A DNA stretch of 64,000 nt from Acanthaster planci (lineage: Eukaryota): positions 1,576,746 to 1,640,745 of the forward strand of contig NW_019091357.1 in NCBI RefSeq assembly GCF_001949145.1, written 5' to 3'. Position 1 is the stretch's first letter. Each line of letters opens with the position of its first letter. A model generated the notes under the pieces. That model saw nothing but the letters and a program-made list of their open reading frames with translations. It was not told where the DNA came from and searched no databases. Position numbers and translations under genes: made by a program. Shown here one piece after another: positions 50,861 to 61,200 of this stretch.

Positions 50861-52249
50861 ATGTCGTCTGTCAACAACAAGGGAACTCAATACGACCCCC
50901 CGAAGGCTTCATCTGATGATGCTGATTTGCCAAAGACGGATTCAGGTTCTGGACATGATCCCCAAAGTTCCCAATCCCATCAAAATGTTGTTGGTGATGA
51001 CACAGCAGAAGCGACAGACACTGCGGACGTGACCGGTATATCTAGTGACGAAGAGCCGCCCATTCTGCCTCCGAGGGTGTCGATAACTCCACGCTCGGGG
51101 CTGAAAACAAGAAACACCAACAGACGCCGTAAAAGTCACGAACGACACTCGGGGGCTATCGACGAACAGACGCTTAACGGCGAGAGAGCCTCGGGTCGCA
51201 CTGGTACGATTTCGAGAGACACCAACAAGCCGTTGGAAACCTCCTGCAAACTTTCCCCTCGCCCAGGCAACCCGTTGCCAAACTCAGGGAAGATTTCAAA
51301 GGTGATCGGGAAGCATACACGAAAAGATGAAGCACCTCCCGTGGCATGGACGGCGGAGTATCGCAGCAAACTAAGCAAGGAGGACCGACTGATGAGACTG
51401 CAGATCACATCTCATAACTCTCACCCTGAGTGTCTCAAGCCAGCGTCAGCAGCAGGGCTAACGCGACGACTTACCCTCGGAAATTATCTACCAAATCTGT
51501 CCTCTGCCCAGTTCGTCGTTAAAAATGAAGTGAATTTCTGGCCGTCCGCTCGTCGACAGACTGAGGGGGTTGGACGAAGCGAAGAGCGTGTGACCTACTC
51601 ACGACATGCAGTGCGGGGGACAGGTATACACTCTGCCAGATTAAGGACAGATGAGGGACGTCGACGGTCCAACTCAACTCCCAGACTGCCACCGGCTAGG
51701 AAAGGAACTATCATGGCCCACAGAGTATCACTAGTGTCTAGATCGGCAGACCAGTCATTCCGAGCAGTGCCGAACTACACTAGACCCGCTTCAGAACTTG
51801 CCCACGAAACGTCCCCTGTCCCATCCGCCAAACAAGCCAGGCTCCAACGCTACCACATCTCCAAGGAAGACCTGAGCAAACCGATTGAGCGCGTAGCGAC
51901 CGCTAACAATCCACCCCCGCCGGCCTCGGATGCGTCGGATCCCACGCCGTCCGAATACGAACAAGCCACAGGGAAAGTCCACGCGTGGATCACTCACCGG
52001 GAACGTCTGAACGGATCGCAAACCAGCCCCGAGACGATGCCCAGTATGCAAAGGGTTTCATGGAATGCGGGGATCAGTCCCCTGCGGAGAGATATGATGC
52101 TACCCTTGAGAAACGCGCATCCCTTTGTGCGATCAACTCTGACCGTGGGGAACTTCATGTCGGACGGAATGGCCAGTAAAGGTGTGTCGGCTCGGGCGGT
52201 CGCACTACGAATGGGCAGTGGCAGGGGACAGATAAGCATTCCCTCCTAA
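50861..52249 (+). CDS. Uncharacterised Arg/Ser/Pro-rich disordered protein, 462 aa, single coding exon
   Basis: 1389-nt ORF; in-frame TAA at 50831 makes 50861 the first ATG. Acidic N-terminus then basic body; no recognisable domain. Confidence 0.75.
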   Translation: MSSVNNKGTQYDPPKASSDDADLPKTDSGSGHDPQSSQSHQNVVGDDTAEATDTADVTGISSDEEPPILPPRVSITPRSGLKTRNTNRRRKSHERHSGAIDEQTLNGERASGRTGTISRDTNKPLETSCKLSPRPGNPLPNSGKISKVIGKHTRKDEAPPVAWTAEYRSKLSKEDRLMRLQITSHNSHPECLKPASAAGLTRRLTLGNYLPNLSSAQFVVKNEVNFWPSARRQTEGVGRSEERVTYSRHAVRGTGIHSARLRTDEGRRRSNSTPRLPPARKGTIMAHRVSLVSRSADQSFRAVPNYTRPASELAHETSPVPSAKQARLQRYHISKEDLSKPIERVATANNPPPPASDASDPTPSEYEQATGKVHAWITHRERLNGSQTSPETMPSMQRVSWNAGISPLRRDMMLPLRNAHPFVRSTLTVGNFMSDGMASKGVSARAVALRMGSGRGQISIPS

Positions 52250-55200
52250 CATTCAGTTTATAAACAAGTCATTGTGAACATCAATGTCAAATCACATCCC
52301 TAAACAGCCAAACACTTATTTTTGCAGGGGATACAGTCTGTAACGTTGAAGTGGCCACAATGCTGTATTCTATTTGCAACTCCACAAAGTTCTCTTTTTA
52401 TAAACAGAGTCAGGTGCAGCAAATACGCTAGACACTTATTTTTTTCTCATTAAAGGCTCTGTAATGGTTGGATTTTTTTCTTTAAAGAGTGCACGGCCCT
52501 TCGCACCTCACGACCCGCACGTCGTTTGTTACGTTATTGCCGCGCAACGACACCGACTCCTGATCAAAGTTTGCTAGTTTTGATAAGCATCGAAAAAAAT
52601 GCTGTAAAATGGACTAGACACTTGTCAAAGATACAGCTGTGCAATATTAGCTTCCAATATAAATTTACACTACTTTGCTTAAAAGCTGTGCTGTGCACTC
52701 TTATCGTAATAGTTTTATGACAGTTTTGACAAGGTGGACGATTGTTGAGTGAGTTCAAGCACTTTAGCTGCAGTAGACATACAACTAAACATTCAAGCAG
52801 CAGTGTTTGCCTGATCGTCGCATAAAAATTATCCTTTCAACTGGTGTACTTTTCATGACAGGAACATTTTTTGCCATCAATAGCTTTAATTGGCTTAGAT
52901 CGATCTGTTTATAAATACAAGATTTCGTAAATTTACATTATACTCGACGTTCAACAACCTCTGAATTGCTATCGACTATGCTGATTTAACATAAATAAAA
53001 TTATTCATATTCTGACGACAGGGTGACTCACCGAGTGACTGACCCCTGATCTTTCTGACTATTCTAAGAACTGCATCGTTTTGTATCATAACCAAATGAT
53101 TATTTCAGCTTCAAATCTTCGACAAGGACTCACATTTTTAGAGGACGCCATCTGCCGTTCCACAGTCACAAATATAAACACCCGACGACTCTTACATGCA
53201 CATCAGTTGCAGCAGTTCCCTTTGCAAATTATTTTTTTCTTTCGAAGACTGAGACGAAATACTTGGAAGTAACCTGGCTACTCTACAGACTGTCATCCTT
53301 CAGTTTCACCCTTCCTCTCTCTCTTACGAGTTTTTTCTTTCTTTTTGGCGATACAGCTTAAATTAATTGTTTTCTGGAGTAACTAAAGACTGTGTCACAC
53401 TTTGCTAGTTTTATCGTCGTTGATCGAGAATAAGTGTCTGCAAAATTAACTATTACCGTCCATTAATATAAAACAAAATGACGCAAATGAATGCGCACAA
53501 TTCCATCACAGTAAGATGGTGCAACTTTGGACAGAACACCCTTTTCTTTACAACCATGGAAATGAAATAACGCAGGAAGTCTTGTGTTACATATTCTGTA
53601 CCATACAAACAGTATGCAATACAATATACTAAAAAGAGAAGTCGTACAATATACATGTACCGTCCAAATCATCGAAATGTATTTTCCTCTTCAGAGAATC
53701 AGAATTTTTGTAATCATGATACCGATCTTCTCTTTGCTCCCACCACGGCTTAAAATTTTTAAGCGGTCTCCACGTAAAGAAGTTAATTATTAAATTTGGT
53801 TATGAGTACCAGTGTCACGTGACCACGGCGAGCCAATGGCCGCAGCTGCCTAACCACATTACGACGTTCGGCCCGATGTAGCCAAACAAGGTATCGAATC
53901 TCGTTAAGATCTCAGCACTTAAAACCAACACGGCTAATATAATTTATGCCGGCAAGTATGGGCTAAATTGGAGAATCGGAATATCAGATTGCATTATTTT
54001 TCCCCCCTTAATGCTACAAGATTAGATGACACAGCGGACAGGTAGAAGGATATGCTTGATCGGAGCAGCTGAAGAGTTTGACGTGTACGACAATACCCGG
54101 CCAGTGCTTACTCATCGTTGAAATGTGGGAGACAGGTGGCCGGAAAAATACTCCGCGATTTCAAAAGCAAACACTTTTTCAGTCAAAAAAGTGCACTTTG
54201 TAAAGCTTATGGGCCTGCGTATCTTGTCCCGAGTATAATTATACGTACTAGAATAGATAAACGAGTTGATTGTTTGAAACAAAAGGAGGGGCGGGACCTA
54301 CCATGAGAGAGGGTGGATTGTTGTGAGTTATCATCGTTCTACTGTTTAGAGTGCAGACATCCTTGTATGGAACTTCTGATTCGAACGAATGAAAAAGTAC
54401 CCAATCATAATTCAAACAAACGGAGATTGCTGCCTGGTCACGTCATCATGCTTTTCCGAATACTCATTCCCTGGATTATATACACTGATAGAGTTTGGAT
54501 CACCTCCTACAGTACCTTGTGCTCATAGGTACGATCCCATGAACTATCTCAACATGTCTTATTCAATCTAAACACTGAATCCCTGTCAAAAAGTTAAGAT
54601 CTGTATAAATATGAAGATACAAAATTATATCTTACAGCACGTGGTTATGGGCATTGTACATTAATGCTAAAAATATTGCTAAAGTACACAGTTCTTGACT
54701 TTGAATACAACCTGCAAATTAATCTACACAATTTCAAAATGTTGGAATATAATTATATCGTCATACGACATGGTCTTCGTCCACTTAAAATCATGGCGTA
54801 AAATAAAGTCACAATCAAATTATAAATTCAGCGTTTTAAAAACCTGTGAATCCCTATGTTAATTCATTCGTTAAATCGTGATTGAAACAGCACAATAACC
54901 AGTGTAACATAACATGACGTAAAAACTCACATGTACGGTACACAATCGACAGTATCACTCACAATGTTTACTGGAGTGCACGAATAAAAGGAAGTTATTG
55001 CGCGCCTGTAAAAACTTGAAAATATGCACAGCGAAAACGCTGAGCAATCAATTCCAACGAATCAGGAATCCCGGATTTTGGCTCATTTTGTAGCGAATCA
55101 CTATTAAAAAGGGGGTAAAAGCAATTTGAACTTGTTACCACAGGTTGGACGTTTGTAATTTACATTGACTACAGGCACTGGTAATTTTGTCGGGCACAAG

Positions 55201-55564
55201 AGATAGCGACCTTTTTTCGATACGTTCATCGGTCATTGACTCTTCGATGTTCGTGATCAGACCCTGTAATTCATCTGTCGCTTGTACGGAAGCCCGGGAC
55301 ATTCTGCTCAAGGAAAAGCCACGCATTGACTACTTACAGCAATATAGTAGCATATGAGAACCAGGCAAAAGACAAGTGTTTGTATGCACATGGTAAGCAC
55401 TTACTTACTCAGTGCCTAAGCATCGCAAAATCTTCTCAGTAAAACGAACTTATGTGATTTCTGCGCAAATCCAAAAAGCGAAAAAAAAGGTCAAAATCAT
55501 TTACAGTATCTGGTATTACACTGATCTATTGGTTAACGGTGCTGTTGGAAATGTCGCAATCCAA

Positions 55565-55735
55565 TATGGCCGTTTCACAATAGTGCGAAACCAAGAGTTT
55601 GCAACGCGTTGGCTAATCACAATGCGCGAAAGTTGTCGACCCAATGCCTGTTTAGAAAGGGTCGACAAAGTTCGAGCGTTGTGATTGGCCAATGAGTTGC
55701 ACACTCTTGGAGGCGCTCTATTGTGAATCGCCGTA
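55565..55735. mobile_element. Palindromic MITE, family A copy 2
   Basis: Alignable over its full length to 45802..45973; TA at both ends. Confidence 0.9.
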
Positions 55736-55925
55736 ATTGGAAACCCAGGCCGTGTCCGAAACGGGATTCCAGAGCTACGGCTAGGTCTACTGTCTGCGTG
55801 TCTCCACGCATTCCCAATGGAGTGAAGACCTAGACCTAGCTCTAGACAACAGATCTGGATGCAGCCACAGCAATGATGTGCCAATTTCCAAATCGCCAAG
55901 GGTGTTACAACGCTGCTGCTCAGGA

Positions 55926-58208
55926 TCAGACGCACGTTGTGATCTCGCAGCTCTCATATTCGTGTTCGTCCGAGTCTGAGGGCCCGACGAACGTAGCCGT
56001 AGACGGACTGGAGTTCATCCCAAGCTCCGTGTCCAGGGAATCTTTGGAGATGGAACTCGCCACCGATCCCTCCGCCTCCTCGTTCTCTGAACTTGGAATT
56101 CGCTGGAGCCCGCCCCTGGCCCTCTGCGAGTGCGCAGGTAGGGCCACTTGCACTTTGGGTAACGTCAATGGAGGTCGATTGTAGGTGGCGTTGGACTGTT
56201 GCTGGCACGGTCCCGTCCGCACCATGGGCACATCAGGACCAACGTGGTCCCGACTTCCGTTTTGAGGGTTAATGGTCTCGTAAATTGGGGTGCTGACCTG
56301 GCTTCGAGAGGTGGTAGCCCTGGCCTTGTTGTTCCCGAAGAAGCTCTTGGAGCAGGTATAGAGGAGTAACAGCATGGTACAGAAGCAGACGCCCAAGAAG
56401 ATGCCTATCCCTCCAGCCCCTAAGGCACCAGGGAGCCGCCAGGATGTGGACTGTGTCTCTGGTTGCTGGACCTCCCCGATGTCTGCCGTGGCCAAGGTTT
56501 GGACGACCACTAGACCTGTCCCGGATGCAGACAGGCCTGAAGGAACGCTCACGGAGCAGGTAACGGCGCACCGGGTCTCGTAATCCAGGTTGTCCAAGGT
56601 TAAGGTCTTGCTGTTGAAGCCACTGGTGCTCGTTTGGCCGGTTGGAAGGTCTGGATCGCAGCGCACAAGCCATAGAAAAGTAGAGTTGGGAAGGACACTC
56701 GGCTGAGTGATGCAAGTAATCGTGGCTTTTGCACCCACAGGCACCTCAGTTACTTTTGGAGAAATATCAATCTGTATCTTTGTATTTTTCTGGCTTATTA
56801 AAACTCCAGAATCGCGTGCTGTGGTTCCAGTTGGCACGATAGCCTCGCAAGATATGCTCACGTCATCAACAAATGCAGCAGCCTTCTCGTTTGAAATCAT
56901 TAACATTGAACCTGTTTGTCCAATAGTCTGTATTTTGAAAGATCGCCTGTCAGCCGTCTCATTTAGCAAAATAATGGAGTCATTTACGTACCATTTAAAG
57001 GTGAGATGCTTGGTGTTAGTTTCAGCAAAACAGCTGAACGTGATACTTAAGTCTTTGAATGCGCGCGCTCGTTTAGGCGAAAGGCTGACACCAAGGGGTA
57101 GGCTGTCTCTCAGGAGAAGCACTGCGGAGGCGTTGCTGGACAGCCCCGAAGGGAGGCTGACCTTGCAAGTAACTCTCGTATTGTTTGAGGTGTTTTTTAA
57201 GTTCGGCAAACTCAAAACCCAGCCTTTCGAGCCAACAAACGATATCTCTGGTGTGATTACTCCGTCCGTGTTGGGGTGACTGAAAGAGCTGTCCCCGACA
57301 AACCAGGTGTACTTCACTATGTATGGAATCCCACTACCTATACATTTGAACACGGCGTCCGATCCCACCGCTGCCACCAATGTTTCCGGGGTGATGACAA
57401 CATTCGGCGGTTCATTTAATGGCAAAACTGAGCAAGAACTCGCATCTGTCAAGCTCGGATGAGTAACAATACAAGTAAATACCCGCCCGTTATCTTTTTC
57501 CTGTAGCGTATACCGGTATAAGTTGGCATTACCAGTGGAGGATGACAACTCCTTGTCCGCTGTCTTCCAGGTTATAGTCGGTAAAGGGTCGACCGCAATC
57601 ATTGAGGAGATACAGGAGAGTTCTACGAGTGCACCTCCAAGAGTTGGATCTGCCGAAGCAACCTGGGAAACTCCGCAAGACGGTGCGTCTCCATCCGGCG
57701 GCACTACCACCGTCAGCTCAGCTCTGCCGCTCTGCTCGGAAGCATAGAGGTTCCTAAAGGATCCGTCCCTCCTGTAAACGCAGTGGAATCTTCCTTGGTC
57801 CTCGTCGTGTATGTCGTCTACCTGCAGCAAGCAGAAATCCAGACTTTGGCCGTCGCTGTAACGCACCTCGCGGTGCACCGTGCTGTACCGGCCGTGGTCG
57901 CCTAATGCAGCAGCCCGGATGGGCAAGAGAGCTGTACCGCGAAGAAAGTCCTCGTGAGTCTTGTTAACTTCAGCCGGGAGGTAGTACCACATCAGTAAGG
58001 ATCCGTCGTCCCACTTGATAGCCCAGTAAAGCTCCTCGTCGGTCACTTTATTGGCTGTGGTGCAGTTAAACTCGGCCCGTCCTCCTTCGATCGCGGTGAT
58101 GCTGGCGGGAAGACGCAACGCGCGGATGGCGTATGCGACGGCCAGATATCGGCAAATGATTAACACACACGCGAATTTCAAGTTTCGAAGATCAAAATCT
58201 GCCTCCAT
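55926..58208 (-). CDS. Intronless Ig-superfamily type I membrane protein (5 Ig domains, KIRREL/NEPH/CADM-like architecture), 760 aa
   Basis: Signal peptide (FACVLIICRYLAVAYA); V-like Ig (EFNC..W..DEDQGRFHC); four more Cys-Trp-Cys Ig domains (VELSC..DNGRVFTC; VFKC..NNTRVTC; ITFSC..VSISC; ATITC..CAVTC); TM helix (LGAGGIGIFLGVCFCTMLLLLY); cytoplasmic Tyr motifs; C-terminal T-C-V PDZ-type motif. Confidence 0.92.
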   Translation of the reverse strand: MEADFDLRNLKFACVLIICRYLAVAYAIRALRLPASITAIEGGRAEFNCTTANKVTDEELYWAIKWDDGSLLMWYYLPAEVNKTHEDFLRGTALLPIRAAALGDHGRYSTVHREVRYSDGQSLDFCLLQVDDIHDEDQGRFHCVYRRDGSFRNLYASEQSGRAELTVVVPPDGDAPSCGVSQVASADPTLGGALVELSCISSMIAVDPLPTITWKTADKELSSSTGNANLYRYTLQEKDNGRVFTCIVTHPSLTDASSCSVLPLNEPPNVVITPETLVAAVGSDAVFKCIGSGIPYIVKYTWFVGDSSFSHPNTDGVITPEISFVGSKGWVLSLPNLKNTSNNTRVTCKVSLPSGLSSNASAVLLLRDSLPLGVSLSPKRARAFKDLSITFSCFAETNTKHLTFKWYVNDSIILLNETADRRSFKIQTIGQTGSMLMISNEKAAAFVDDVSISCEAIVPTGTTARDSGVLISQKNTKIQIDISPKVTEVPVGAKATITCITQPSVLPNSTFLWLVRCDPDLPTGQTSTSGFNSKTLTLDNLDYETRCAVTCSVSVPSGLSASGTGLVVVQTLATADIGEVQQPETQSTSWRLPGALGAGGIGIFLGVCFCTMLLLLYTCSKSFFGNNKARATTSRSQVSTPIYETINPQNGSRDHVGPDVPMVRTGPCQQQSNATYNRPPLTLPKVQVALPAHSQRARGGLQRIPSSENEEAEGSVASSISKDSLDTELGMNSSPSTATFVGPSDSDEHEYESCEITTCV

Positions 58209-61200
58209 CGTGAAATAGTCTTCAAAGGAATCGGCCAGAAGAGCTCAGAGGTCTGTCGGGAATACTGCGAATGAGTCACATGGCAAAAATTTCACATTCA
58301 TCTGCCACAAACATCAGTTTTGCAAAGCTTGAGAGTTCATCATCCCAAATCCCCAGCCACTGCCTAGAAGTGTAATGAGGGAAGAGGATGTTAAACATTT
58401 ACATGGAACCGTCTGTTCACACTCATATTCATCTTGACCAACTCTGAGGTTCACCGACATGCTCTTGTTGCAAGCAGTCAGTCGGGTGGTCCCCTACCGT
58501 GATGTGAATTAATTTCCCTGGATGAAATGGTCTGCAAGAGGCGGTGCCATGCCGAGTCCGCTTCAAGTTCGAGTGCTTAACATCATTGTCCATCTGTTCG
58601 GTGATAAAACCAATTGAAATCAATTTCAAATACGGCCTCTAGAGGGGATTTAATCAGCGGGCAATCGTGTTTGAGTACTTTAATTCCTCGAAACACAATC
58701 TTTAAAAAAATCCACACCAACCTCAGGTACTTACGTTCGCTGCTATGCCGTCTTAATCGCGCTGCAATCGCACAGTCGTACAGTTTGCAAGTCAGATGTG
58801 ACGTCTGGTGAAATATCAGTAATTAAAAAGCTGAATGAAGTGTCGTACGTGAAGCTATTCATACAGGCTGTCAGCGGTGGATGTTCGTGTACCAGGGACC
58901 ACAAAAGATATCCACAGTGCAGTGACGTAATTCGACAATCACCCGTGGAGAAAATGTAGATCTTGTCGCATCGAAAACAATCTTACGAATGCGGAAACAT
59001 ACTCGTCCGTACGGTCCGAAGCATCCTTGAAGATTGCAGCCCCGCGTCCATCTACAGTGCTGTCCAGCGCTGACACTCATACCAGGAAATTTCACCAAAT
59101 TGTTTTTCTTTCTCGCTGCTGGTATACCTTTCTGGCACGTTTTATCAACGCACCTTCAAAACTCCCTACCAGGCTCTTTACATTTTTCTCATTAACATTC
59201 CTCGGCTCTCGCGGCGTGGCATCAAACGCGCGATGATATCGCTCATTGAGCGCATCAGGGTTAGTTTTCCCTGCAAACAAAAGTCAGTTTTTCGTGGCAT
59301 TCATCCGCAGTTGTAAATCATAATCGAATGACGGTATCTCTTTATCTAAAGTGCTGACCGGAGATGAGCAGCCAGGGTCAAATTAAAGTTAACGGGGTCC
59401 TTGGAAAGTTCAGTTATACTCCTGTCTGACAAACAGTCCCTGTATTTTAATGGCCATGAAAGTAAGTAGACAGAAAACGCAGTTCTAGACTTGAAATCCA
59501 CTTCATTATTCGGCAGTTGTAGAAACTTTATCCTCGTCACAAATAGGGTCCAGCGCTGAGTGTGTTTTAAAAAAAACCCATGGTATCATTTCCCGTGTTT
59601 CTTTGCCCGTCTTGGAAGTTTGACACGATGATGCCAGGAAGTGATAGTCAAAGCACTTTCGGTCAAAATGATATCACGATCCACACTCCGCAAGCTCAGT
59701 CTTGTCCACTCACCGAGTAAATCTGACCTAAGTCGATAATTATATACAGTGCAGTCAGTGACGAACACAACATTGATACACGTTTCCCGCCCTAGACGAT
59801 TAAATTCCTTCAAAGGGGGAAATCCTCGGCTCACTCGAAGCGTCAGTCTCCTTCGGTCTTGTCTCAACTTCTCACGGACCACGCCAAATCCCCGCCAATC
59901 TGTTCCCCATATGGGCACCCTGTCCGCGCGTATCATAAACTCGTTCCGCGGATAAGTTCTAGGCATGCGTGAAGATTGTGTGTATTATGTTTGTATTCCC
60001 CTAAATTAATGGACGCGCGTGGTTCGCCAGACTCGAGTCGCGTGGTGTCTCATGGACTACGCTTGTCGAACAAGATCGTTCAGCTCCTTGTGATAATAAA
60101 AGTACGAGAAAACATCGCTTTGGGATCATTTATAAATGTCAAGAACACTAATAACCCTCAGATTGCTCTGACAAAACTGTCAGGAATGTTCTACCCATTT
60201 TTGGACAATTTGACAGCTTTCGTTGAGACATGCATTTACATGTGGGCCTATACTGTCCAATGATATTCATTTCAGTGCATTTCAATAGATTGTGACGGTT
60301 CAATTCAACAGCATATAGGTTTCAATCGCAGCGCAGAATTAAAAAATCAGAGAGTAAAGCTAAAATATGTTAGTTATTTTGAACACAATTACAGTCATGC
60401 AAATCACTCAAAGAAAAGATGACAAGCGACTCATGGCAAGCAAAATGACTCAAATCTACAGCCTATTCAAGGACAGAAGGAGGTTGATGGAAGACAAAAA
60501 AATATATACTGAAAGGATTTATTTCACAGCTTGAAACTATTTAGGTGGTAGAAACCTTTTTCGAAAAGATCGTTTTACCGACACTTGACATTGATTCTCA
60601 CAGCTATAAGCAGCTGACAGCTGAATACGTGGAGACAGTCCCATGAGGCTACACCGCTTACGAGCCACAGATGGGCCAACTCTAGGGACAATCGGAAACA
60701 GGAAGAATGCCAAAGATGCGGCCAAATTGTCCGGAGAGAGGTCACTCCTTGTCAGATCTCTTGAATGAGATGACTGCCATAGTTTGCCGAGGACCAGTGC
60801 CGTATTGCAACGAACGATATAAATTTCGGGGCAATTTTTTTCGGCGGTTTTTGATGGCCTGTGAAATAAAAACCGTTGGCGCCCAATGTGTATTCTCAAG
60901 GAATAATATTTACCACTGTTGTCTAAATTTAAAGTTCAAATTCTTCAGTGAATGTCAAATCTGAGGATATGTGACACATGTACTGCAGTATCTCTTGATC
61001 TGCTTCTTTGCTTTTACGTGACTGATGAAGTCTCGTCGTTCAATTAGTCAATTTTAGAATAAAGTTGTAATTCCTGGTGCAGGTGCGTTTTTGCTTTTTT
61101 TCCCGCATGCCCAGATTCGTGAAATTTTTCGATGGCTTCCGGGGGAAATTTAAAGAAAGGATCGGAGTTCGACAGGCATGTTTTCAAGCAACTCGCCAAC

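Noticed and set aside
56260..56300. ITIM/ITSM in the Ig receptor tail (TPIYETI)
   Set aside because: Position -2 is Pro, so it fits neither strict consensus; kept only as a generic YxxI motif.
46957..57747. Antisense and alternative-frame ORFs overlapping the three single-exon genes
   Set aside because: Expected shadows of GC-rich coding sequence.
60585..60620. Second 5.8S-like fragment (ttgattctcacagct)
   Set aside because: Match of about 14 nt with no flanking similarity; compatible with chance.
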